DNA from: an uncultured Halobacteriales archaeon
GTDB taxonomy: Archaea > Halobacteriota > Halobacteria > Halobacteriales > Halalkalicoccaceae
NCBI GenBank assembly: GCA_964454105.1
Contig: CAYVQH010000001.1
Location: 6,410 to 70,409, forward strand
Length of the DNA stretch: 64,000 bases
Reading direction: 5' to 3'
In this document: in pieces, positions 9,903-20,325 of the stretch
Position numbering within the stretch: position 1 is the stretch's first letter
Layout of the letters: every line of letters starts with the position of its first letter
Notes under the pieces: model-generated
Databases searched by the model: none
Seen by the model: the letters and a program-made list of their open reading frames with translations, nothing else
What the model was told of the DNA's origin: nothing
Translations under genes and position numbers: made by a program

Positions 9903-10835
9903 TCATTGCCGACACCGATCGACATCGGTAGCATCGGGGATCCACCCGGCGTAGTCGACCGTGAGGAACTTTCGTCCCCACACCCACATCTCGTGGGTCG
10001 CGACGATCGTCGCCCGACCGCCGGTGATGTCACGCGACGCACCGGGCATGTCAGCCGTCCAGACGCGGAAGGTCTGATCGAGCGGAAGCGAAACCGCCCC
10101 GACGGGCGTCCTGAGGTACAACCCCTCGTCGCCCGTCCCGGTTCGGGTCGTCAGTTCGAGCCCGGAGCGGGAACCGGATCCGAGCGTGTCGAGATGAAGG
10201 ACCGTGCTCAGGTTGGTCCACGGGAGCGGGACTGCGACGTTCTCGTAGGTGATGCCGTCCCGCCGGTAGAAGGCGTAGATAGCGACGAAGACGGCGTCGC
10301 CGGTCGTCGGATCGGTCCGGATCCATGCACGCGACCCGCTCAAAGGGCCGGCATGATCGTCGAGTTCGACGAACCGGCTGTTCAACGTTCGCAGCCTCTG
10401 CGGCGTCGGTTCGTACGGTCCGGGAAGGTTCAGTTGCTCGATTCGGCTCGTGAGCCGACTGGCGAGAGCGGCCCCGATGCGGAAACCGCGATGCCAGGTG
10501 ACGTCGTAGGCGAGGGTATACATCCCCGTTCGTTCGTAGAAATCCCTCACTTCCGGATGGATGCGTTCGGGCTCGAACCCGGAGCGCGCGTACACGTCCA
10601 GGCTGTCCAACTGGCCGTGGCGAACGCCGGCAGTATCGACCTCGGTTCGATCGAGATAGTCCGCCCCGACACGCCAGCGTGCGGTAAGCGAACTCAGCGG
10701 GATCGAGGAGGATCCATCGGTCGCTCGACGGAGTAGGTTACGACCGGCAATCAGGACGAGAACGAAGACGAACAGCTCCGTGATGATCGATCGAAACGAC
10801 CGATCACGCCGTTCCGACCACCGGCATCGGGACAT
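9903..10835 (-). CDS. Hypothetical protein (resembles the YndJ-like soluble domain); start uncertain
   Basis: IHPEVRDFYERT, IEQLNLP, RAWIRT, ATHEMW motifs; one N-terminal TM. Confidence 0.65.
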   Translation of the reverse strand: MSRCRWSERRDRSFRSIITELFVFVLVLIAGRNLLRRATDGSSSIPLSSLTARWRVGADYLDRTEVDTAGVRHGQLDSLDVYARSGFEPERIHPEVRDFYERTGMYTLAYDVTWHRGFRIGAALASRLTSRIEQLNLPGPYEPTPQRLRTLNSRFVELDDHAGPLSGSRAWIRTDPTTGDAVFVAIYAFYRRDGITYENVAVPLPWTNLSTVLHLDTLGSGSRSGLELTTRTGTGDEGLYLRTPVGAVSLPLDQTFRVWTADMPGASRDITGGRATIVATHEMWVWGRKFLTVDYAGWIPDATDVDRCRQ

Positions 10836-10967
10836 CGATCTAGGGTTGGTGCACCGGCGCTTCAACGTGGCGATGGAGCGTTTCGTCGGAGCTGCCCGAA
10901 TCAACCAGCATGGCGTGTGCCGCGGTACCACAGCTATTTACAGTACTCGATCACAGTACGGAACGTC

Positions 10968-11879
10968 ATGGCAGACAAGACGATCGGCTTCATCGGTCTC
11001 GGAATCATGGGGCTCCCGATGGCGAAGAACCTCATCGACGCGGGCTATCCCGTCGTGGGCCACAACCGCTCGGACGATCCAGTGACGGAACTCGTCGACT
11101 ACGGCGGTGACGACGGCGGCTCTCCCGCGGGCGTCGCGGAACGAAGCGACGTTGTCCTGTTGTGTCTGCCGGATTCGCCGGACGTCGAGAACGTCGTTCT
11201 CGGCGAGGGCGAGGAGCCAGAGCCAGTGATCGACGGACTGAGCGAGGGCATGATCGTCATCGATCACTCGACCATCTCGCCGACGGTGGCCGAGACCGTC
11301 GCCGAGCGACTGGCGGACGCGGGAGTGACCGCACTCGATGCGCCGATCTCGGGCGGGGAGGAGGGTGCCATCGAGGGAAGCCTCTCGATCATGGTCGGCG
11401 GCGACGAGGGGACGCTCGACGAACAGATGGACGTCCTCGAGGTGCTCGGCGGAACGATCACGCACTGTGGTCCGAGCGGCGCCGGACAGACGACGAAGGC
11501 GTGCAACCAGATCGTCGTCGCCGCCCAGATGATCGGGGTCAGCGAGGCGCTGGTGTTCGCACACAACGCGGGTGCCGACCTCGAATCCGTGGTCGAGGCT
11601 ATCAGCGGCGGCGCGGCGGGCTGTTGGACGCTCGACAACCGCGCCCCGGACATGATCCACGGCGACTTCGATCCGGGGTTCTTCGCCGAGTACCAGTACA
11701 AGGACCTCCGCATCGCCACGGACGCCGGGGAGGCCTTCGGCTCACCCATGCCCCAGACGGCGCTCGCGAACGAGCTCTACAAGACGATGGTCCAGAACGG
11801 GATGGAACGGGACGACAACTCCGGCGTGATGCAGGTCCTCGAGATGATGGCGGGCGAGGAGGCACGCGCCGACCGATAG
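10968..11879 (+). CDS. NAD(P)-dependent beta-hydroxyacid dehydrogenase (2-hydroxy-3-oxopropionate reductase / 3-hydroxyisobutyrate dehydrogenase family)
   Basis: GFIGLGIMG, DAPISGG, GQTTKACNQ, FDPGF, KDL motifs. Confidence 0.93.
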   Translation: MADKTIGFIGLGIMGLPMAKNLIDAGYPVVGHNRSDDPVTELVDYGGDDGGSPAGVAERSDVVLLCLPDSPDVENVVLGEGEEPEPVIDGLSEGMIVIDHSTISPTVAETVAERLADAGVTALDAPISGGEEGAIEGSLSIMVGGDEGTLDEQMDVLEVLGGTITHCGPSGAGQTTKACNQIVVAAQMIGVSEALVFAHNAGADLESVVEAISGGAAGCWTLDNRAPDMIHGDFDPGFFAEYQYKDLRIATDAGEAFGSPMPQTALANELYKTMVQNGMERDDNSGVMQVLEMMAGEEARADR

Positions 11880-12074
11880 CGCGATCCGATCGGGTGCCCG
11901 CCTCGCGTTCCCGGACCTCCGATCGATCGGACGCGAATTTACAGCCCGAGGAAGTCCCGAGCCGTGCGGGCGTGGCGACGAGTGGCCGAGTTCGTCCGCG
12001 ACGCTCGCGGACGGGCGAGAAACACGAGGCATATAGGGCAATGGCCTGATGGATGACGTAGACAGGTCGATGGC

Positions 12075-12674
12075 ATGGATCGAACGATAATCGAAGCACT
12101 CGTCGGAAACGAACGACACAACGCGGTGTTAGCATGGGTGCTCACTGGCTTTCTCATCTTCGTCGCCGTCGCAAGCCTTCTCGTCGGTGACCTGCTCTGG
12201 GCCGGTTTCGCGGGGGTCGTCGGGGTCTTGGCGGTGTTTCCCGCAATCGTGTTCCGAAACGGACGAGCAGCACCTCCGTGGGAAGTGCTCGCGCTCGCTG
12301 CACTGCCGTTGGTCGGGCGGACGTTCGGTTCCGGTAACGTGAGCGAGTTCGCGACCTACCTCTCGGTAGCGGCGATCGCGCTGCTGGTCGCGGTCGAACT
12401 CCAGTTGTTCACGCCGGTCAGAATGACGCCCGGCTTCGCGATCGTGTTCGTCGTCATCGCGACGATGGCGACGGCGGGTGCGTGGGCCGTCGTTCGGTGG
12501 GTCGCCGACCTCTATCTCGCCACGGGATTTCTCGAAACCGAAGAGGCCCTCATGTGGGAATTCGTCGCCTCAACGGCCGCCGGAATCGCGGCCGGCATCG
12601 TGTTCGAGCTGTACTTCCGACGGCGCATCCGTGCAAACGGGCGAAAACTGGAACGGGACGGTGAGGTGATGTGA
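12075..12674 (+). CDS. Integral membrane protein
   Basis: About 6 hydrophobic segments; overlaps the next gene (GTGA). Confidence 0.85.
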   Translation: MDRTIIEALVGNERHNAVLAWVLTGFLIFVAVASLLVGDLLWAGFAGVVGVLAVFPAIVFRNGRAAPPWEVLALAALPLVGRTFGSGNVSEFATYLSVAAIALLVAVELQLFTPVRMTPGFAIVFVVIATMATAGAWAVVRWVADLYLATGFLETEEALMWEFVASTAAGIAAGIVFELYFRRRIRANGRKLERDGEVM

Positions 12675-13324
12675 ACGTCCGCGACCGATTTGGCATCTCC
12701 CCACGTGGCCAGCGTTACCTCGCGTGGTTCATGGAGGTCTCGCTCGTCGGAATGTTCTTCATCGGCCTCGACCGTGGTGAGCCGGGAATCATCGTCAACA
12801 CGGGCGTGGCGCTCGTGGTGACGCAGCTCCCGCCCGTCCTCGAACATGAGTACGGCATCGCGATGGACGCGGGGTTGACACTCTGGATCACCGCCGCCGT
12901 GTTCCTCCACGCGTTCGGAACGGTGGGGCTGCCCGGAGACCCACTCAACCTGTACCAGTCCATCTGGTGGTGGGATCACCTGACTCACGGGCTGTCGGCA
13001 TCAGTCGTCGCCGCCGTCGGCTACGCCACCGCACGAGCGGTCGAGATCCACAGCAGTGACATCCACCTACCCTCCCGATTCATGTTTGTCTTCATCCTCC
13101 TGTTCGTGCTCGCGTTCGGCGTCTTCTGGGAAGTCCTCGAGTTCGCTATCGCGCAGGTCGGTCCGTTGCTCGGGCTCGGCTCCGTTCTGACGCAGTACGG
13201 GCTCGAGGACACGATGCTCGATCTGGTGTTCGATACCGTCGGGGCCATCATCGTCGCCGTATGGGGGACCGCCCACCTGAACGATCTGGTCGGCTCGCTT
13301 ACGGCCCGTCTCAACGGCGAATAA
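12671..13324 (+). CDS. Integral membrane protein (DUF2238/YjdF-like)
   Basis: WWDHLTH, WEVLE, DTMLDL intramembrane motifs. Confidence 0.8.
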   Translation: MNVRDRFGISPRGQRYLAWFMEVSLVGMFFIGLDRGEPGIIVNTGVALVVTQLPPVLEHEYGIAMDAGLTLWITAAVFLHAFGTVGLPGDPLNLYQSIWWWDHLTHGLSASVVAAVGYATARAVEIHSSDIHLPSRFMFVFILLFVLAFGVFWEVLEFAIAQVGPLLGLGSVLTQYGLEDTMLDLVFDTVGAIIVAVWGTAHLNDLVGSLTARLNGE

Positions 13325-13392
13325 GCGGCCGGAGTCCAGCGAGTGAGCGGACACCACGAATCGCTTATATCTATCGGGTGCGTTCCGGTCGT

Positions 13393-14439
13393 ATGTTCAT
13401 CGGCCACGGACTGCTCGCGTTCGCCCTCGCCGCGGGCCTCGCCCATCGCGCCGAACGCTCGCGTGAGCGAGCGCTGTCGATCGGGCTGGTCGCCGGGGCG
13501 TTCGCGACCGTTCCGGACGTCGACATGCTCTATGCAGCGTCGGGGCTGATCGGCGGGTTCGATGGCGCCGCCGATGCCGTCGGCGAGTTCTGGAGTGCGA
13601 GTACGCTCGTTCACCGCGCCGTCACTCACTCGATCGTCGTCGGGGTCGTAAGTGCGGTCGGGTTCGCCCTCTGGAGTCGGGCCATCACTCGAAAAGAGGG
13701 GCAGCAATCCACTCAACGGTGGACGAAAGCGAGGATGACGGTCCGGTCACTTTCCGGGCTCGTCGTCCTCGTTTTTCTCATCGTCACCGCCGGACTCACC
13801 AGCGGTTGGCTGGGTCTCGTGGTAATGGCGGCGTTTGCCGTCACCGGACTCGCGGTCGCGACGGCTGCCGTTCGACTGGGCGACCTCGGCCCGCGGACGA
13901 TCCTCGCGACGGCGCTTCTCGGACTCGTGAGCCACCCGTTCGGTGACCTCTTTACGGGTGAGCCGCCACAGTTCTTCTATCCGTTCGGTATACAGCCGGT
14001 TGCTGAACGGGTAGCGCTCACCCCGGATCCGACGCTCCATCTGCTCGGAGCGTTCGGCATCGAGCTGGCAACGATCTGGATGGCAGCGATCGTCTACTGC
14101 CACTTGACCGACCGTTCGGTCCGTCAGAACGTCCATTGGCGGGCTGCGTTCGGGATCGCGTACGCAGGAGCCGCACTGGCACTGCCTGCCCCGACGGTCG
14201 ATTCCTCCTACCGGTTCGTCGTCAGTGTGCTCGCGGTGGGCATCGTCGGCCCCGCACCGCTCGTTCGGTGGATGAATCCTCGACACCGGAGAACCCTCGG
14301 TAGCGGCCAGCATACTGCAAGACACGACACGTATGCACGGATACCGATCGTCGACGAGGTTTTATCGCCCATGCTCACAGGATTGGCGGCGATTACGCTA
14401 GCTGGATCGTCTTTCGGAGTCGTATACGCCGTCATCTGA
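13393..14439 (+). CDS. Membrane-bound metal-dependent hydrolase (YdjM-like)
   Basis: MFIGH, VPDVD, HRAVTHS, SHPFGD motifs. Confidence 0.88.
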   Translation: MFIGHGLLAFALAAGLAHRAERSRERALSIGLVAGAFATVPDVDMLYAASGLIGGFDGAADAVGEFWSASTLVHRAVTHSIVVGVVSAVGFALWSRAITRKEGQQSTQRWTKARMTVRSLSGLVVLVFLIVTAGLTSGWLGLVVMAAFAVTGLAVATAAVRLGDLGPRTILATALLGLVSHPFGDLFTGEPPQFFYPFGIQPVAERVALTPDPTLHLLGAFGIELATIWMAAIVYCHLTDRSVRQNVHWRAAFGIAYAGAALALPAPTVDSSYRFVVSVLAVGIVGPAPLVRWMNPRHRRTLGSGQHTARHDTYARIPIVDEVLSPMLTGLAAITLAGSSFGVVYAVI

Positions 14440-15176
14440 ATCGAATAGACAGAATCGGAACCGTAGACGCACGGTCCGACGTTTCCAAGGCCGGCTCTCC
14501 TCCCACACGGATGTACGCGACGTCAACGGAGCACCGTGAATCCGTTTCGATGAACGAACAGATCACCTGTTCGTCACACGTCGGCCTTAAGACGAGATAG
14601 AACGTATTATAGTCTGCCACTGGTCGTGATGACCACGTCAGTGGCGACTCGCATTCCACCATAGGACCGGGCGACCAGCGGGGGGATCACTTCGCCGGTC
14701 GCCCAACGTCCTGTGGGAACCGATCCGTTCCGAGAAGGATCTCCCACACTTAGGAGCGAAATCGAGACGATCAGCCGGCACGAATCCGAGCGGGGGAAGG
14801 GGACAGAGGTAGCTCGGCGAAACGATACAGGTTAGTAGAGCCGTGATATGTGTTTTCTAATATATATCGCCGGATATCCTTCATATAAACGAGGAGCGTC
14901 CAGATCTGATCAAGACGGAGTCGGTCCTAGCGAACGGAATCGACTCATCGGTCGGGTTCGAGGGCGAAGGAAACTCATGATTCCATGAGCCCCCTCCCCA
15001 TCCGATAGTGTCAGAGGCACCCTCCAGAAGTCGGGCGGACTTCCGGTGGGCTCTGTCTGTCGTGAGACAGACGAATTAATACAGCCACTCGATACGCATA
15101 GTAATGACCTTTATATACCATGATTTAGGAGTGACTACGAGTTAGTACCGGTACGATTCCCGTTGATGTCAACTTA

Positions 15177-15830
15177 TCAATAACTGGTATTCATCAGTGT
15201 GTTCCGCACGAGCGTCGCAATTGCCCTCCGGAGACGCTCGCTCACCGCCTGATCGGATATCTGGAGCTGATCGGCCAGATCCGAGGTGCTCGAGTTCCGA
15301 GGAAGATCATAGTACCCTTCCCGAACGGCTAAGATCAGGGCTTCACGTTGGCGTTGTGTAACCCCAAACGATTCGTCCGACGTCTCCTCAGGCATGTTGT
15401 ACACTTTGGCGACTTCTAGATCGATCCGTGCATCCGTGCAGTAATCCTGGAACTGGGAGAGCGACCGATGAGTGTGGAAACGTAGAGAGAACTCCCAAAC
15501 CCCGTCGGTACAGCGTGCGGAGAGGATCTGTACGGTGCGCTCCCGCAAGGCTCGAAACAGATGATCGTACTCGACGAACCATTCGAGGGCATAAAGCGAG
15601 CGATCACTAAGGCTCTCGATCCTTTCGACGTCGATAACGGTGGGATGGGATTCGAGTCGATCAGTCATTGAGTCGTGACCGTCACCGGTGATCCAGACGA
15701 ACGGCGTCGTCCCTCCCGGAATGGGAACTAACGACTCGAGTTCGATGGTACCGGAGGCATCCAAACGTGTGAACAACCGTCCGAACTCGAAGTCCGATGC
15801 AGACACCCGCAATTCGACGATAACCGCCAT
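15177..15830 (-). CDS. Bacterio-opsin-activator-type (HTH-10) transcriptional regulator
   Basis: TQRQREALILAVREGYYDLPR...LQISDQAVSERLRRA. Confidence 0.92.
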   Translation of the reverse strand: MAVIVELRVSASDFEFGRLFTRLDASGTIELESLVPIPGGTTPFVWITGDGHDSMTDRLESHPTVIDVERIESLSDRSLYALEWFVEYDHLFRALRERTVQILSARCTDGVWEFSLRFHTHRSLSQFQDYCTDARIDLEVAKVYNMPEETSDESFGVTQRQREALILAVREGYYDLPRNSSTSDLADQLQISDQAVSERLRRAIATLVRNTLMNTSY

Positions 15831-16406
15831 GGAATCAGGCACTCTCGAATATACTGCTGATAATCACAAATCTGTCAACCTGATAGACAATGTGACGAGA
15901 ACACTATTACTTATGGTGTATTTAATGCTCAATTTCTAGCACGTATTATATTTGCGCAGGTTATTATAACTAGTCTATCTCTAGTTCATATTACTTTATA
16001 ATTATAACACTAAATATATTTTTAACCAGTAATAATCGAGAGAGAGTAGGGTTGATTGACCAAGGCTTTTTAAGCAGAGGGTATCCCTCCGTAGAGAGGA
16101 CGGCTGATTCATTTCGGCAGCGTTGTCTGCTCCTCTCGCTGATCAGGATGGGACTGTATCCGCTGCTCTATCGAAGAAGTCTCCTGACTCGAACGGGGGC
16201 ATTCGCGCGACTGACTCGGACCGAAATGGAGTCGATGCAAACGTATAGTGGCGGAACGGTCCTACACGCCCGCCGAAAACGGATTCTGTTTCTGCAGATA
16301 CGTCGTTAAAACAGGAAGGCTATGGGAACAGCGGTTTTCGCGTTGCCAAGGTGTGTCGTTCGTTGAGTTCCCCGTCAGCGAGGCCGTAGAGCAAAGCAGG
16401 TCGATC

Positions 16407-16625
16407 TCACTCGGCTGACGGGTCGTTACCGAACCAAAAGAGCAGGGCACCGATTCCGGCAACGATCCCGATCGGAAGGCTCGTCGTCGGCGAAATGACG
16501 TTGCCCTCGGCGACCACGTCGAGGTAGTACAGCCCACTCATGCTAACAAGCCCGGCCAGCGCGAACAATCCAAGCGGCCCGATCGTGTGTGTCGGTCGGT
16601 CGGCCGGTTGAGTGCGCGTCCCCAT
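16407..16625 (-). CDS. Small 2-TM membrane protein
   Basis: 72-aa ORF with two hydrophobic helices; TTTTAT about 28 bp upstream on the minus strand. Confidence 0.55.
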   Translation of the reverse strand: MGTRTQPADRPTHTIGPLGLFALAGLVSMSGLYYLDVVAEGNVISPTTSLPIGIVAGIGALLFWFGNDPSAE

Positions 16626-17051
16626 ACAGGCAACCACGTGATCCTCCCGCATAAAACCCTATGTAATCAGGTAGTAAGTATTTACTCCATCAAACGCCGT
16701 ATTCACCGGATACGCACGATGTATGGACACATTGGAAATCGTGATTACGTATGGCTATAGAATATATATAGATTCTTGGACCACCGTGTCGACGGTATCG
16801 GAACAGTAGCCGAGTGATCGAACCCCACCGATGGATGGCATGGTCTCCCGGTGAGAAGCACCGCCTACAGCGAAGGACAGCCACAGACATCGAACGTCGC
16901 CAGCTCGAATCCGCAATCGAGACGACGGAACCGCGGCTGCCAGAGGACTAGCTGATCATCCGTAGCAGTGGCGCATTCGAAGATAGTGCGGTCGAACACT
17001 CGCCCACGAATCGCCGAGAGTCGACACGGGAAGAACCCGAAACAGTCACGC

Positions 17052-17396
17052 TCAGTGCGAAAGGGCAAGGGCGGATTCGATGCTGTGAACGGCGAGTTCC
17101 TCGAGCTGATGTCGATCGAGGGTAGTCGAGGCGGTTGCGTCCTCCGCGTTGACGACGAACCGTCGTGAGGTTCCTCCCGTTTCCTCGAGTAAGGGATAGA
17201 ACGCAGCAGCACAGTCGGCGTGTAACTGACAGCTAACGAGACCCGGCTCGTCGTCGAGCGTTCGTTCGATGCAAGCCTTCAGCGTACGCAGAGCACTTGA
17301 GTCACACTGAACGACCAGAGAGGTATCACTTCCCTCGATTCGGATCCGATACGTGGTGGTCGACTGATAGGCGACATCGATCTCTACCCCTCCCAT
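17052..17396 (-). CDS. Hypothetical protein
   Basis: 114-aa ORF with ATG start and acidic composition. Confidence 0.5.
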   Translation of the reverse strand: MGGVEIDVAYQSTTTYRIRIEGSDTSLVVQCDSSALRTLKACIERTLDDEPGLVSCQLHADCAAAFYPLLEETGGTSRRFVVNAEDATASTTLDRHQLEELAVHSIESALALSH

Positions 17397-17709
17397 GGAG
17401 ATAGCGTCAGGAATGGTAGTGTCTTAGGTCTATCGACAGGAAACGGCGGAGCCGTTGATTATCGCCGACACGAGACGTGCGTCCGCCCAGTGCTACGTGG
17501 TGAAAGACATCGATCTTCTATGAGAGAGGTATCCAACCTCGTCACGCGTCTTTCCCGCTAATTGGAACGGAAAGGCGCACCATCCGCCAACGCCGAAAAA
17601 GGTCCTCGAAGAGCGCGAGGACGATCATCCAGTTCGTCTCGGTCCTCTAGAGGAGGTCACGCCGATCGAGCGGGACGGTCGCATCCTCGTAGAACGGGAA
17701 GCCTCTGCG

Positions 17710-18810
17710 TCACTCGATCTGGAACCGCAACAGGGCACCGAGCCCCTCGAACCCTTCCTCGAACTGCTCGCCGCGCCGAATGTCCGTTGGTATCAGGACG
17801 TAATCTGCCTCGATCTCGTTCGCTTGTTCGATCAGATCCTGAGTCTCCTCGACGGGGAGCGCTTCCGAGACCAACAACGTCTCGACGGCATCGAACTCCA
17901 GTGCTTTCTCGACTCCTTCGCGACCGTAAACGGCCGCCTCGTCGTCGGATTCGAGTGCGTCGAAGAGTTGGTCAAGCGTTTCACGGGCAGGACGATCCTC
18001 AGCCTCCGAGAGGTAGTCCTCGGCTCGATCGACTAGCTGCCGAAGCCCTTGCTCGGACGCGTACTCGACGGAGAAGGTTCCGGCGGTCCGATCGCGCAGG
18101 CGATGGTCGAGTCGATCGTCATTCGTGAACTCGTCGACGGTGATCTCGGTTCCGCCGATCAGGAGTTCGTCGACCGGGTCCTCGCCGAGGAAGGCGCGTT
18201 CAGCGGCATCGGCGACGTCATCGAAAAAGCCCTCCTTCCACTCGGCCTGTCGCTCCTCTAGGGCCTCGCCTTCGGCCTCCTCGGGCGCACTGTCCAGCGA
18301 CGGGGTCTCCTCGGCCACCTCGTTCTCAAGGCTCTTGATCGGGACGATCTCCTCACCTTCGAGTCGACCAAGTATTGCACCGCCACGCTCGACGACGAGT
18401 AGCCCGTAGGTCGCGCCTCGATCGGCGGCGGTCGTGGTCTCAAGGGGCTCGACGTTGAACTCGTTCGAGTGATCGTAGACGAACTCGTCGACCGGGGCCG
18501 GGAGATCGTCGAAGACGTACTCGACGAGCTCGTCGTCGACGATGCCGGCATAGACGACCAGCCCGTTCTCGGGCGTTTCGTCGTAGTCCTGAAGGAGGCG
18601 CCGGAGCTCCTCAAGCGCGTTCTGGAGGTACTGGTTCGTCGGTCCCGAGTCGCCGTACTCGGATTCGGCGTGATCGTGTTCAATCCGGTTGTGGACCGCA
18701 TCGAGCGACTCGTTGGGCGGGATCGCCAACGTGACGAGGCTCGTCTGGTCCGCTGACGCGTCTTCGACGGCGTCGATCCGGTCGCGGGAATGGGAGGTAT
18801 CGAGGCTCAT
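17710..18810 (-). CDS. aRF1/eRF1-like paralogue lacking the NIKS and GGQ motifs
   Basis: LVTLAIPP, TPENGLVVYAG, YGLLVVERGGA, IGG, VEYASEQGLRQLV, AVYG..AVETLLVSE, GFEGLGALLRF match the three eRF1 domains. Confidence 0.85.
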   Translation of the reverse strand: MSLDTSHSRDRIDAVEDASADQTSLVTLAIPPNESLDAVHNRIEHDHAESEYGDSGPTNQYLQNALEELRRLLQDYDETPENGLVVYAGIVDDELVEYVFDDLPAPVDEFVYDHSNEFNVEPLETTTAADRGATYGLLVVERGGAILGRLEGEEIVPIKSLENEVAEETPSLDSAPEEAEGEALEERQAEWKEGFFDDVADAAERAFLGEDPVDELLIGGTEITVDEFTNDDRLDHRLRDRTAGTFSVEYASEQGLRQLVDRAEDYLSEAEDRPARETLDQLFDALESDDEAAVYGREGVEKALEFDAVETLLVSEALPVEETQDLIEQANEIEADYVLIPTDIRRGEQFEEGFEGLGALLRFQIE

Positions 18811-19074
18811 AGTGTGATCAGGCGTGACGGGCAAGAAGGGGTGTGATCCGGAGCCGATCCGATCGGTCAATAGGACGACCCGTAGAAGACCGTATCAATC
18901 CCTCTCGTGCCCGCCATCGCGTACGTGGAGTGCATCGCCGACGCTTCCTAAACGTTGGTGTTGCAAATGCTACCCCGATCGAGCCACCATCGGACCACGG
19001 GGGCTCCGGGACCGGTTTGGTCCATGGCGGCCCGGTCGAAACGATAAGCCAGACGTGCCGAATCGGGACGAGGA

Positions 19075-20325
19075 CTATCGGTCGAGGACGTGAAGCCGGT
19101 ACTCGCCTCGGATCGCGTCGCCGTCGTGGTACTTCACCGGCTCCTCGACCACCGCCGCTAGTCGATCGTTCAGCGCGGCAGCGGTCGCGATGCCCTCGGT
19201 CGGATACTCCTGCGTCGATCCGCCGGTGACGCCGTACAGACGGAATCCGTGGGCCGTGGAGTCGCGATCCCGAAACCGTCCGGCACAGGGTGCGGCGACC
19301 GTTTCTCCGTCGCCCACGAGTTCGCTCACCCAGCCGCCGACGGAGGCGTGCCAGCGTTCCGTGCCGTCAGGGCCAACGGCGACGATGACGTGCTCGCGAG
19401 GATGGCGTCCCATCGCTTCGCGACCCTCCTCGGGGTAGGTGTTTCCGGTGACGAAGGCGACGCCGTCGCCGGTCGCACGAACGTGGTTGGGATAGGCGTA
19501 GAGCGTCTCCTCGCCGATCTCGACGGGGCGGGCCAGATCGACCGACCAGCGCTCCCGTCCGGCGTCATCGAGGCGATATCCACGGTGATCGCCGTGGCTC
19601 GCGACGGCCACCCCCTCGGGGAGTACCGCGACGTCACCGATCCGTCGATCGCCCGCAGCGGCGATGTCCCATGTGAGCCGTTCGTCGCCCGTCGCCGTGT
19701 CGAGGACGACCAGCCCGTGGTCGTGTTCCCCCGGACAGCGGTTGTACGCCACGGCGAGTCGTCCTCCGCGAAGGTCGATCGTGATCGGCGAGGCGTCGGC
19801 GCGATACGTCCAGCGGACCGATCCGTCGGGTTCGAACGCGTAGACCGCGCTTCGAAACGCCCGTCGGGCACCCTCGCGTTCGTAGCGCCGGGCGGCGGCG
19901 TACACCCGCTCGCCGTCGGTCGCGACGTCCACGACGTACGGCAGGGAAAAGAGACCCTCCCGAGGGGCACCACCGAGGTCGTCCGCGCTCCGGTAGCGCC
20001 AGCGTGGCTCGCCGCTTGCGGCGTCGAGTACCGTGACGGTCCCGTTCTCGCCGCGTCCCCCGACGGCGATCGTTCCGCCGGGCCCGTCGGTGGTGATCGA
20101 GACCGCGTACTCGTCGTCGATCCCCGTCGTCCACTCCGCTCGAGATGTGTCGACCCCGGCGTCGGTCGGAACGGCACTCACCTGCCCGCCGACGGTTCCC
20201 ACCAGGGCTCGCGTCCCGGCCAGCGCGACGGCCGAGCGTCGCCACAGGTGGCGGGTGCCGGCGGGCCGGACGTCGCCGAGCGGAACGCCCGCGGTCGGTT
20301 CCGGTCGTTCCTCGGTCCTACTCAT
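19075..20325 (-). CDS. PQQ-like beta-propeller repeat protein (cobalamin cluster)
   Basis: Repeated GxxRW blades (GEPRW, GSVRW, GRERW, GTERW); overlaps the DUF3209 gene. Confidence 0.85.
   Translation of the reverse strand: MSRTEERPEPTAGVPLGDVRPAGTRHLWRRSAVALAGTRALVGTVGGQVSAVPTDAGVDTSRAEWTTGIDDEYAVSITTDGPGGTIAVGGRGENGTVTVLDAASGEPRWRYRSADDLGGAPREGLFSLPYVVDVATDGERVYAAARRYEREGARRAFRSAVYAFEPDGSVRWTYRADASPITIDLRGGRLAVAYNRCPGEHDHGLVVLDTATGDERLTWDIAAAGDRRIGDVAVLPEGVAVASHGDHRGYRLDDAGRERWSVDLARPVEIGEETLYAYPNHVRATGDGVAFVTGNTYPEEGREAMGRHPREHVIVAVGPDGTERWHASVGGWVSELVGDGETVAAPCAGRFRDRDSTAHGFRLYGVTGGSTQEYPTEGIATAAALNDRLAAVVEEPVKYHDGDAIRGEYRLHVLDR

Noticed and set aside
15050-15080. Hammerhead-like stem II (gtc-gtga-gac..gaa)
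   Set aside because: The required CUGANGA core is not present upstream and GAAA is incomplete
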